Positions 12,858-24,762 of a DNA stretch of 64,000 bases are shown in pieces. This DNA is from Octopus vulgaris (Eukaryota): positions 66,960,001-67,024,000 of the forward strand of contig OX597814.1 in NCBI GenBank assembly GCA_951406725.2. The letters run 5' to 3'. Within the stretch, counting starts at the first letter, position 1, and every line of letters starts with the position of its first letter. The translations under genes and the position numbers were made by a program. The notes under the pieces were generated by a model. The model was not told the origin of the DNA, searched no databases, and was given only the letters and a program-made list of their open reading frames with translations.

Positions 12858-13216
12858 GAGATCATTGTAAAGGACACAATTATACTTAAAGACACGGATG
12901 CTACTATGCCTATATGCTGAAAATAGGCGTCAAATACGTCCTGCCGCTGTACATTATCACTATATATACACAGGTGGAAAGAGGGAAAGCAAAAATAATT
13001 CAGAGAGTTTGGGATTGATCCGTTTCTGAATTAGTTTAATAACTTTTCCTTCATCAGCAAAACATACTCAGCGAAATAAATGAAAATATGTACACATACC
13101 CACAGAAAAGTACACGCAAAATGCGAGTATATATAAATATTCACAAATATATACGCATCGAATGTTCTCAGTTCACCTCAACACATCTATATCTATATCT
13201 GGATCTATCCATCTAG

Positions 13217-13270
<54 letters not shown>

Positions 13271-13276
<6 letters not shown>

Positions 13277-13583
13277 CAAATATTATTAAGTTTGAAAACG
13301 GAGAGACCCAATGGATACAAAGTAATTTATGTATTAATTACTTAACATCTTCACCTATTCTTAGTATATTGGAATATTCCAACAGATCATAATATAATCT
13401 TTGTATTGTCCTTTTTCGTGCCCTGATGATTTTCCACCCAAGGTATTTTGAAATGCCAGATTATTTATTTATGTTTTGTAGTTAAAATTGGATGCGAAAT
13501 TGTAGGTGAATATGTTAATTAATTAATAAGTTAATTTGTATCCATTGGATCTCTTTGTTTTCAAACTTAATAATATTTGATAT
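13271..13583. repeat. (TA)n-adjacent fold-back unit, ~75-bp arms
   Basis: ATATCAAATATTATTAAGTTTGAAAAC...CCAATGGATACAAA pairs with TTTGTATCCATTGG...GTTTTCAAACTTAATAATATTTGATAT. Confidence 0.85.
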
Positions 13584-13710
13584 TTTCTGATATTTTATAT
13601 AATATTTTATATAATATTGAAGTAAGATCTTTTCAATATACAATATATTAAATCAATTAAATATATTAAATAGGTGCAGGAGTGGCTGTGTGGTAAGTAG
13701 CTTGCTAACC

Positions 13711-14903
13711 TCTGAACTGTTCAGACGTGTTATTTTGCTGCTCCAGATGTCACGTTGTTTCAACGTGAATTGTTGAACTTTTTGACTCGACTACAGGTAG
13801 GCGTGTTGTATTTTTGCGGGCGAAGTGAAGTTTTATTACTTGCATTAATGTCTTTTAGCACTTAATATTTTTAGCAGATAATAAAGCTCCACTTTGCTCC
13901 GGATGTAATTTTTCTGCCTGTTGTCGAGTGTAAAGAGAATTGTATTTTTAAAGCGGCGTAGTCCGTCTGCAAAAATTATTTTTGAAATTGTCGTTGTGTT
14001 ATCCACGGGATTTACCAAGGATTATTTTACCAAGGTGTTTTACCAACCGTGGAGAAGTTAATATCAGAGCCTCTCCCTGCCCCACCAATGGAGGGAGAGA
14101 AACAAAGTGAGGAGGGGGAAAATCCTCCTCCAAAAGAAAAAGAAAAGTGGGGAGCAATGGCGACCCACCAAAGGAATCGGAGGCTGCGGAAGAAAAGAGG
14201 ACCCGGTGCGTATAGCACCGGAACCTCAACCCCCGAGGCCCAGCGTAAAAAGAAAAAGAAAAAGAGGAACGGGACGCCACCAGCGGACTGTAACACCCAG
14301 ATGGCGTCTCCCATGTGTCCTCCGGCGGTTCTGATGCCGGAGAAATTTTATGTAGTCCTCTTCCATAAAGGAGGCACAGTAGAAAATGAAATAGGTAAGA
14401 TGAGGAAGAGAAACCAATGGGAGGGACTTCGGTCCTGCATGGAGTATCCCGAGTGGCCTTCGCAGCTGGCTGTGGAGGTCCTACTCGAAAATGATATGTG
14501 CAGGATCGAGAATTCTTTCCCGGAGGATCTCTTGCAAGTCATACCTGTATGCGGAAGCCTGACGACGGACGATTGCGTCATTAAAGCAAGAAAGTTCATC
14601 GGTCGGGTAACGTAAAATTGTAATTGTGTTACATTGTGACAGAGGTTTATTGCCTCTGAAAAGACTTTTAAAATTGTAAATTGGAAATTGGAATTTTTGT
14701 GAAAATTTTTGAATTTTTGTAATTTTTGAAATTTTGTAAATTATTGGAAAAAAAAAGAACATTGTTTTAGAGAAGCAAAAGTCGGCGGGCGCTTTCTAAC
14801 TTCTCCCATCACCATCTTCATCCACCACCACCATCATCCATTAATGTCTTTGTCCAGCCCGTAGCTACTCTGTGTGCTGCCCTAGTGGCAAATTATTGAA
14901 ATA
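13711..14903 (+). mobile_element. Non-autonomous single-ORF retroposon with 16-bp TSD
   Basis: AAGTAGCTTGCTAACC occurs at both 13695-13710 and 14904-14919. The 3' end is ...ATTGAAATAA(A). No TIRs, LTRs or RT. Confidence 0.88.
14049..14615 (+). CDS. Intact ORF of unknown function (188 aa from GTG, 175 aa from ATG 14088); possibly LINE ORF1p-like
   Basis: GC-rich open frame. The N-half is disordered with basic NLS-like tracts (RNRRLRKKR, RKKKKKKR). C-terminal motifs are conserved at protein level with the copy at 1951-2632. Confidence 0.7.
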   Translation: MEKLISEPLPAPPMEGEKQSEEGENPPPKEKEKWGAMATHQRNRRLRKKRGPGAYSTGTSTPEAQRKKKKKKRNGTPPADCNTQMASPMCPPAVLMPEKFYVVLFHKGGTVENEIGKMRKRNQWEGLRSCMEYPEWPSQLAVEVLLENDMCRIENSFPEDLLQVIPVCGSLTTDDCVIKARKFIGRVT

Positions 14904-15344
14904 AAGTAGCTTGCTAACCAACCACATGGTTCCGGGTTCACTCCCACTGCCGTAGCATCTTGGGCAAGTGTCTTCTGCTATAGCCTCGGGCCGACCAAAG
15001 CCTTGTGAGTGGATTTGGTAGACGGAAACTGAAAGAAGCCTGTCGTATATATGTATGTGTGTGTATATGTTTGTGTGTCTGTGTTTGTCCCTCTAGCATC
15101 GCTTGACAACTGATGCTGGTGTGTTTACGTCCCCGTCACTTAGCGGTTCGGCAAAAGAGGCCGATAGAATAAGTACTGGGCTTACAAAGAATAAGTCCCG
15201 GGGTCGATTTGCTCGACTAAAGGCGGTGCTTCAGCATGGCCGCAGTCAAATGACTGAAACAAGTAAAAAAAGAGAAAAGAGAAAGAGAGAGTGTATCTTG
15301 GGTAAAAATATCCCTAAAAGAGATCTAAATATTCTTACGGACGG

Positions 15345-15436
<92 letters not shown>

Positions 15437-15537
15437 GTCTCCTCCACTTACGAACGAATTCCGTTCCGACTGACAGGTCGTAAGTCGCATAGGTCATACC
15501 TTGAGAATGTGTATATATATATATATATATATATACA

Positions 15538-17160
15538 CTAGCAGAGTTACCCGGCGTTGCCCGAGTTACATACACTTGAAGAATTAGACTTATTCTGTTA
15601 TATTTTCTGTAATGAACTGGAATACATATGTTTCGAATTTCATCAAAATTGCAGATGAGGGTTATTTCCCTCTTTACACACCCAAACAAAATTGTAATCG
15701 TACCACATGTATCCCATACTACTGATTTTTATGCGTATATTCCAAAATTCCAGTCTTATAGAACCTGTTAAAAGGATTTTGCTCCTGAAAAATGTAGCTC
15801 TTTGAGGGTGAGCATCTTAATATCAACCAGAGAAGTTGCATTGTTGAGAATCTTTTTAACTTGTCTTATATCTATTGTTCGAATTTCTTTGAAATAGGAA
15901 ATATATGTTCACTGGGTTTGTAAAAGAGAGCAAAGCTACAGGAAACCAAAAGACGAATGATCACAATAAGCAGTCAGCTACAGTACCCTAGTCGTTACCA
16001 CTCCCAATGTAGTATTCCTCACCATGCAGGTGACAGGCACAGCCGTAAGATGCATTACGAATATATGGCAATTGGAAGGGCGTGACCCAACTGAAATAAA
16101 CATTAACAACTGTGTGACGTGAGGGCTAAGGAGAAACGAAAGTTGGAGTTTGCAAATGACCACTATACTGATACGTAACTGGACAGAATAAATACACAAT
16201 CTATAAATGTCTTTGAATAACCAGTCACTCATCTGGGAAGGCCTTGAAATCAATGTTACCATCTGGGGACTATGTGTGACCCAGTGATAATAAAAAGACT
16301 GAAAGGAGGTCTACAATCAAATAACTTTACTCAACACTTTGCAACTGAATCAGTAGAGGCAAAGATGCCTCTCATTTACTTGACAATTTATGCAGCACAT
16401 TGCAGAAATCCCAATCTAAGCGTATGTCAAAGCAAACTCTTACACTGTTGTACCATTGAATTACAAATAATGCTCATCTTCTATGTTCGGATGACCTCAC
16501 AGCTTCTAAGAGTACAACTATTCGTCTTTGCTTAGATAAAATGACAAAATTGTGGGTGTTAAGTCCCCATGAAGGGGTCATTCTAACTTCTAAGAAGATG
16601 AAATTTTATAAATATTACTTTATTTGTATCTAATATCTATGGTTAAAATTTCATCAACAGCAAAAATATATGAATTGTAATGGGGGTTGTGGCCCTTATG
16701 CATAGAATATAATTTCCAAATTTCGTAAAGATCCATTCAGTACTTTTGACTTAGTTTGGATCATAAAAGAAATTACTAAAATTTGGGAGTTAAGGCCCCC
16801 TTTAGGGTGTCTTAGAATCCTCATGTGAAGTGGAAACTTTGAGAATACTTCTTGATGTGTGTTAATTACCCATGGTTGAAATTTCATCAACATCGAAAAT
16901 TTATGAATTTTCATGGGGTGGCGGGGTTCTGCCCCCTTTAAGCCATCTGAAATTCAAAGCAAACATATTGCATTATTACAAATATCATAAGGATCCATTC
17001 AGTAATTTTGGTCAATGAAATTGTATGAAACACACAGCATTACCCTTCTCCTTAGGCTTCGATTTTGTGTTCCAAATTTCATTATGATCGGTGCAGCAGT
17101 TTTCGAATGTATAAGTAATACACGAACACATAGACATTGTCTTTGATATAATAAATATGA
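15538..17160 (-). mobile_element. Non-autonomous Helitron
   Basis: On the minus strand, 5' TC(ATATTTATTATATCAAAG) at 17160 and 3' hairpin CTCGGGCAACGCCGGG + CTAG|T at 15538. Internal subrepeats at ~16640 and ~16872. Confidence 0.8.
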
Positions 17161-17747
17161 ATGTACACATATACATACATGTATATATATGCGTGTGTGT
17201 GTGTGTCTGTGTGTGTGTGTGTGTGCGTGTGTGTGTGTGCTCCAGCATGGCCACAGCTCATTAGCTGAAACTGGAAAAATCAAAAATCAAAATCATACAT
17301 CTATACATATACATCTATGTGTATAGAAATAAATGTATACATATACAGCTATACACACATACACACACACACATACATAGGTACAGGTGTGGCTGTGTGG
17401 TACCAAACTTCGTTCCAAAACACATGGTCCTGGGTTTAAATTTAAATTTAAAATAATAAGGGTGAGAAATTGAATATTAATTTGATTAATATGAATTGAA
17501 AACCAGTGGTGTAGCATATAAGACCATAGCGGATCTTCTAGCAAATGGATGTCCACTGTTAATGGTTCATCCCTCTTATATAATAGTTTGACTTTAATAG
17601 TTTCAGTATTAAAGTGAAAGTATCTGACATTACAATAGAGAGATGTTTTTGTTTCACTTTTAACACGTAATACTGAAATTGTGGAGAAGATATGATATTG
17701 CTGTGGGCTCACCCTAGGCAAGAAGCTTGAAATGTTTCTGCCCATGA

Positions 17748-17881
17748 CACTCCCTGGACCCTAAGTAAGGAATGTGTAAAATTTGAATGGTTGTGTAGTT
17801 CTCAAGTTGGCAATCCCTAAAACTTGAGAACTACACAACCATTCAAATTTTACACATGCCTTACTTAGGGTCCAGGGAGTG
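17748..17881. repeat. Near-perfect hairpin, ~61-bp arms with ~12-nt loop
   Basis: CACTCCCTGGACCCTAAGTAAGG...TTCTCAAGTT pairs with AACTTGAGAA...CCTTACTTAGGGTCCAGGGAGTG. Confidence 0.95.
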
Positions 17882-17884
17882 CAC

Positions 17885-18206
17885 CTAAGAGGTTCTCCTC
17901 CGGGGTACAAGTGTGGGCGGAAAGTCGCCTCACCGGCGAACGCACAACTTCGGGTTGTTTTTTTTTATGGAAGACCAGTAGTCACCCATGCCTAGCAGTC
18001 TCCCACGCCACCGATGTTATCCAAGGGAGAGGCAAAGGCCGATACAACTTGGCACCAGTGACGTCGCAACTCAATTCTACAGCTGATTAAACTGCAGCAG
18101 CGTGAAAAAAACTGCCTTGCTCAAGAACACAACACGCAGTCCGGTCCGGGAATCGAACCCACAACCTCACGATCTTAAGCTCGACGCTCTAACCACCGAG
18201 CCATGC
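17885..18206 (-). mobile_element. tRNA-derived SINE family D (another copy at ~38735-39080; related head at 21466-21782)
   Basis: Minus-strand head TGGCTCGGTGGTTAGAGCG...GGTTCGATTCCC, followed by TGTGTTCTTGAGCAAGGCA. Confidence 0.85.
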
Positions 18207-18302
18207 ACACACACACACATACAGATATATGTATATATATATATATAATCGAACGGCTTTTGTGTGTTTCTTAAATGGCTTATAAACACCTTCCACGCTG
18301 CA

Positions 18303-18340
<38 letters not shown>

Positions 18341-18370
18341 TGTATCTGTATGCGTGTTATATATATATAT

Positions 18371-18420
<50 letters not shown>

Positions 18421-18436
<16 letters not shown>

Positions 18437-19559
18437 GGCAGTTTGTCTGTGCGTGTTTCTGTGTGTCTGTTTTCTCGTACCCTCACTCTGACCACGGCTT
18501 TCAACCGATTCTGATGAAACTTGACACACACATAGCCCAATGTCATAATTCAAAACTAACGCAGCGAAAATTTTGAAAAGTTCCCCCAGTTCTGAAAAAA
18601 AAATCGATAAATTCGACATGGGGTCGAGAATGAGAAACCCAAACTACAGACCGTCTAGGGGACGCAACTCCACCTGTTTTAACTCTCAAAAAAAATTTAC
18701 CATCATTTTTTTCCCATTTTTTTGCTATTTTTTGGCTATAACTCTCTAAAAATGCTTTATAGTTATTTCCCTTACAAACCTGAGCAACGCCGGGCGATAC
18801 TGCTATCTCTCTCTATATAAACGGCAGTTTGTCTGTGCGTGTTTCTGTGTGTCTGTTTTCTCGTACCCTCACTCTGACCACGGCTTTCAACCGATTCTGA
18901 TGAAACTTGACACACACATAGCCCAATGTCATAATTCAAAACTAACGCAGCGAAAATTTTGAAAAGTTCCTCCAGTTCTGAAAAAATCGATAAATTCGAC
19001 ATGGGGTCGAGAATGAGAAACCCAAACCACAGACCGTCTAGGGGACGCAACTCCACCTGTTTTAACTCTCAAAAAAAATTTACCATCATTTTTTTTCTAT
19101 TTTTTGGCTATAACTCTCTAAAAATGCTTTATAGTTATTTCCCTTACAAACCTGAGCAACGCCGGGCGATACTGCTAGTATATATATAAACGGCAGTTTG
19201 TCTGTGCGTGTTTCTGTGTGTCTGTTTGCTTGTACCCTCACCCTGACCACGGCTTTCAACCGATTCTGATGAAACTTGACACGCACATAGCCCAATGTCA
19301 TAATTCAAAACTAATGCAGCGAAAATTTTGAAAAGTTCCCCCACTTCTGAAAAAAATCGATAAATTCGACATGGGGTCGAGAATCAGAAACACAAGCCGC
19401 AAACTGTCTAGGGGACGCAACTCCACCTTTTTTTACTCTCAAAAAAAATTTACCATAATCTTTTTCCATTTTTTTTGCTATTTTTTGGTTATAACTCTCT
19501 AAAAATGCTTTATAGTTATTTCCCTTACAAACCTGAGCAATGCCGGGCGATACTGCTAG
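18421..19559 (+). mobile_element. Head-to-tail trimer of a ~375-bp non-autonomous Helitron
   Basis: Three units (~18421-18805, 18806-19178, 19179-19559). Each starts (TC)TATATAAACGGCAG and ends CCTGAGCAACGCCGGGCGATACTGCTA(G). Confidence 0.9.
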
Positions 19560-19574
19560 TATATATATATATAC

Positions 19575-19607
<33 letters not shown>

Positions 19608-20045
19608 TATATATATATACACAAAACATATATATATATATATATATATATACACAAAACAAGATGCTAGAAAGACAGGTCAGTTATTCCTATACAATTT
19701 TTTGTAAATTCTTAAATATATTTCCTTCTGTGTGTATATATAGTACCAAACAAATATGATGTTTATTGAATTCAAAATGCTTTTTGGAGTCCCGTTGGAG
19801 TACTTTCTTAAATACTTTCTTGTAAACTGTTTTTAACATTTTCTTATTATTATCAAAGAATGTATTTCTGTTTTTTAATACTTTTGTGATACCCAGTACT
19901 TAACACAACAAAACTCATACAAAGCTTTACATTTTACTTTTGACAATCTTTTTCTAAAAAAAGTGAAACCGGTCAAGTGAATAAACATCTTTAAAATTGC
20001 ATTTTCAAACCTTCTTTCATATATATGTATATATATATATATATA

Positions 20046-20560
20046 ATTGTCACTAAATGTGACTAAGGTGTTAAGAAACACCTACATTGCTAGAAATAAG
20101 AGCTAAACCGCTCTAATACTATAGTTAACGCACACGAATGAAAACAGAACACTAACAGGAACCAAAATCACCTGAAAAGTGCCGATAGAGAATTCTTAAT
20201 ACTAACACCCTAGTCTCATTTAGTGACAATTATTATTCTCCTTTTTGGTGAAATACTGCAAACTGCTATTTGTATTAATTTTGTGTATACATATTAGCGA
20301 ATCGATAAGTTATCCAATAATTTGGATGAAGAAAATAAATACTAATGGTGAAGCGAGCCCAGAAAGAGCCAGACAATCGAGCGGTTGTAGATGATGAGGC
20401 AACGGAAATTGCCGAAACTGCCGAAACTGACGTTTCGATCGGCACTTTTCGGACGATTATCGTCCCTGTTAGTGTGTTTTCATTCATGTGTGTTAACTAC
20501 AGCATTTAGAGCAGTTTAGTTCTTATTTCTCCTTTTTAGTGAAACATTGCAAAATGCTGT
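20046..20560. repeat. Nested inverted/direct repeat unit with decayed hammerhead-like cores
   Basis: 20046-20074 is inverted at 20203-20231; 20092-20190 is inverted at 20435-20530; 20236-20278 is repeated directly at ~20527-20570. Confidence 0.8.
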
Positions 20561-21054
20561 TTATATTAATGTATGTATGTATGTATGTATGTATGTATGT
20601 ATGTATGTATGTATGAATGTATGTATGTATGTATGTATGTATGTATGTATGTATGTACACGCACACACATCATAAATGCTTCTGCAGAGAAGTCTAAGAT
20701 CACGTGACACTCTAATCAGCAAATATGCAGGAATGGTGAGTGTATGTTACAACATGCTCACTGACATCGGTGATGTACGGAAACCGCTAAAATATGAGAA
20801 ACACGATTTTTTTTTCAATTTACTGTCGAAATAACTTTGAAGGAGTGTCGCATTATTGAAATTGACCTTAAAAGTAGAACTTTAAAAGTATTTTACGGAA
20901 ATGAGTTATTAAAATCTATATATATATATATTTTGCAGATGTAGCGAAATATTTTTCTGCTAAGTAATGATGACATGTCTAAATAAAAATTGAAATAACC
21001 AGATGTACAGCAACAATATATAGTTTAAATATCAACTCGGAAAAGGAATTGTGG

Positions 21055-21134
<80 letters not shown>

Positions 21135-21876
21135 CATATCTTGAGTATAGTTAGATGTACGACTGCTACTGTTGAGTTCAAAGTTCCATCTAGATTTTCA
21201 TTACCCAGTCTCTTTCTCGTATGGTGCTTAAACACACAAGTTTAAATTATTTGTTCCTATGTACGTTTCACAGGAAATCTTACTGTAAGATCATACAATA
21301 AGGTGTTTTCCAGATGATTTGTAATAGTTAAGCATCCAATCCAATTCCACTTGGAACATCCGATGCCGTATTTCCAACCACAATGGTGAAACGTACCGAG
21401 GGAACGAATGATATAAACTTGTGTGTATCAAAATTTTTCACATACATGTGTGTGTGTGTGTGTGTGAAGATATGTGACTGAGTGGTTAGGTTACGATCAG
21501 CTCTCGATCGCAAGGCCGTAACTCCAATACCTGGCGTTGTGTCCTTGAGTAAGACACTTTGTTTCACGCTGCTCCAGCTCATTCAGCTGGCAAAAATGAG
21601 AAGTACATGTATGCCAAACGGCCAACTTTGTCACAATTTGTGTTACACTGAATCTCCCTGGGAACTATGTTAAAAGTACACGTGTTTGTAGAGTGCTCAG
21701 CCACACATTAATTTCACGAACAGGCTTTTCCGTTAATCGGATCCATTGGAACCCATGTTAGCATAACCGACGGAGTGCCAGTTATATGTATGTGTGTGTA
21801 TGCGTGTGTATGGTATTATATATTATATATGCGCGTGTGTGTATACATACGCTCACACACACACCCATACACACAT

Positions 21877-22228
21877 ATATCTTCGCTTCTTGACGATGTC
21901 TGTTAGGGTGTCTAGCCCTGATCACCGCATGATCTCCTCATTGGTGATCTGCTCCCTCCACGATATTCCACGTATAACACGAATGCATCACCTATGGAAG
22001 ACGTCCAATTTGTTGTTGATACTAACTGTGCTTTTTCACGTCTCGCACGCATAGATAGCAGTAAGCTCTACAATCGATATGTAGAGATGGATTTTCACAT
22101 CTCTGGTGGTGGAATTATTGGTCCACACTGGGGGAAGTCGTCTGAACAAACGTGCAACTTGTCCAATACGGGCTTGAACGTCAATTTTCGCGTCACGATC
22201 ATTACGGATAGTGCTTCCTAGGTATTTG
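21877..22228 (-). mobile_element. RTE-clade LINE RT/C-terminal fragment
   Basis: YLGSTIRND...VQARIGQV...VKIHLYISIV...IYACET*...KLDVFHR*CIRVIRGISWREQITNEEI. Confidence 0.85.
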
Positions 22229-22230
22229 AA

Positions 22231-22274
<44 letters not shown>

Positions 22275-22276
<2 letters not shown>

Positions 22277-22772
22277 TTCTTTACTACCTACAAGGGGCTA
22301 AACACAGTGGAGACAAACAAGGACAAACAAACGGATTAAGTCGATTATATCGACCCCAGTGTGTAACTGGTACTTAATTTATCGATCCCGAAAGGATGAA
22401 AGGCAAAGTCGACCTTGGCGGAATTTGAACTCAGAACATAAAGACAGACGAAATACCGCTAATCAATAAGGCATTCAATAAGGCATTAAAACAAAATGAC
22501 TCTCTACAGAGAGTATGCATGTATATATATACATGCATACTCTCTGTATATATATGCATACTCTCTGTAGAGAATCATTTTGTTTTAATGCCTTATTGAT
22601 TAGCGGTATTTCGTCTGTCTTTACGTTCTGAGTTCAAATTCCGCCGAGGTCGACTTTGACTTTCATCCTTTCGGGGTCGATAAATTAAGTACCAGTTGCG
22701 TACTGGGGTCGATCTAATCGACTGGCCCTCTCAACCAAAATTTCGGGCCTTGTGCCTAGAGTAGAAAAGAAT
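22275..22772. repeat. Two head-to-head SINE-B copies joined by a palindromic linker
   Basis: Arms ~22340-22520 and ~22555-22722 are reverse complements, including the non-SINE linker. Confidence 0.9.
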
Positions 22773-22784
22773 ATTATTTTATTC

Positions 22785-23913
22785 ACTTAGTGTTACATTA
22801 GTGCAATGCATCGGTCCACACACATATTTCCACTGTTCCTAGCAGTCCAGGAACTTTTGCGAAGTGATGCCTTTTAACGCCTCCGTCGTTTTTTCTTCAC
22901 CTCTTCCACATCTGCAAAAACAAAGTCGCAGGGTGCAAGATTGGATGAATAAGGAGCATGGTTAGGCAGGGTCATGCCATTTTTGGTTTAAAACTGTCTG
23001 ACACTCAAGGCGGTGCGCGCAGGCGCATTGTCATGATGAAACCACTATTCTGCACTTTACAACAGGCCGGTGCATTTTCGTCTCACCACGTCTCGCAAAT
23101 GCTCCAGGGCTGCCAAGTAAAATGTCTGGTTAACAGTTTGATCAGGAGGAACAAGTTTTGAATGGATAATTCCTTTCGCATCGATGAAACAAATCAGCAT
23201 CGTCTTGACATTGGACTTCACTGGACAAGCTTTAAGGGGGCGTGGTGACGTCGAATGCTTCCATTGACTTGATCGCTGGTTCGTCTCCGGTCGTAGCCGT
23301 AGCACTAGCTTACGTCACTAGGTCCGGATCAACATCCAGCTGTTCTCTCAGTTTACGACACGCTTTCAGTATTGACTGATTTTGATCTTCCGTAAGCAAG
23401 CGAAGCGCAAATTTTGCTGCAACTCTTTTCATTCGCAATTCCTCGACCAAAATTCGTTGGGAGGCGCTCTAGGAACACTACTCATATCAACAAGCTCGTC
23501 AATTGTTCGGTGACGGTCCTCCAAGATCAGTTTATGAATTTTCGTAATGTTTTCATTCGTCCGGAAGGTCGACAGTCGCCCTATACGAGACCATTCCTAA
23601 AGCGTGAAAATTACTCGCTAACTTGTGTTTTGCTTATGGCAGAGTCCTTGTAAGCTGTTTGAAGTATGATAACTGTTTCAGCTGCATTTACCCCGACAAA
23701 AAAAAAAACAGAATTTCACGGAAGTATGCTGTTCCTTCGTTTCCGCCATCGCAAAAGTCGACGAACAGAGAAGAAGCACTGCTAAACAAAGACGCACCAC
23801 GATGCACGACAATACCTTACGATGCCTGAGGATCGCATTAAGTGGTTTCTAGTGGCGGAAGCAACGGGCTTGTTCTACAGAGAACTTTCCGGTTACGTTT
23901 GGGTACCCCCTTG
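22785..23913 (-). mobile_element. Decayed mariner transposon
   Basis: PETNQRSSQWKHSTSPRP...KSNVKTMLICFIDAKGIIH...QTVNQTFY. TIR-like 5' end TA|CAAGGGGGTACCCAAA. Confidence 0.9.
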
Positions 23914-23936
23914 TATGTATGCGTTTGTGTGTATGT

Positions 23937-23973
<37 letters not shown>

Positions 23974-24049
23974 CAAAGGACGGATGAACCCAGTATCTGA
24001 TCAACGACAATCTAGCTCGGCAATTCCGGATTGGTGTCCAACATGCTAG

Positions 24050-24379
<330 letters not shown>

Positions 24380-24762
24380 ATATATGTATGTATGTATGTA
24401 TTGAAAGATACATACAACACGCACATACATATATTTATATATGTATATGTGAGTTTGTTTGTATAGAAGGGGAGAGAAAGAGAGAAAGCGGGAGAGGGTG
24501 AGAAAAGGAAAGATCATTTATTAATGCACACGTATATTTCTGTAAATATACTTCCTAGTTTGTTTGACGTGAAGCAAGTACAGCAAGGCCACACTTAAGA
24601 ACTGAACAGGCCATTAGCCTCTACTTTTCTGTCTCATCTCAGCTTCAACATCCTTCCGCTGCAACTGTTTTTTTCTCTTTTCTTTATTTCTCGTTTCATC
24701 TAGCATTATTTCCTTTAACCAGTTTATATTTTCGTTCTTTCTTTTTTAAAATGCCAGTCGAC

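Larger units (their letters stand above)
13672..15270 (+). mobile_element. Full-length SINE family A split by a 1.2-kb insertion (SINE = 13672-13710 + 14904-15270)
   Basis: A-box TGGCTGTGTGG lies before the insertion, and B-box GGTTCACTCCC plus the body lie after it. Unsplit relatives are at 30436-30845 and 51784-52245. Confidence 0.92.
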
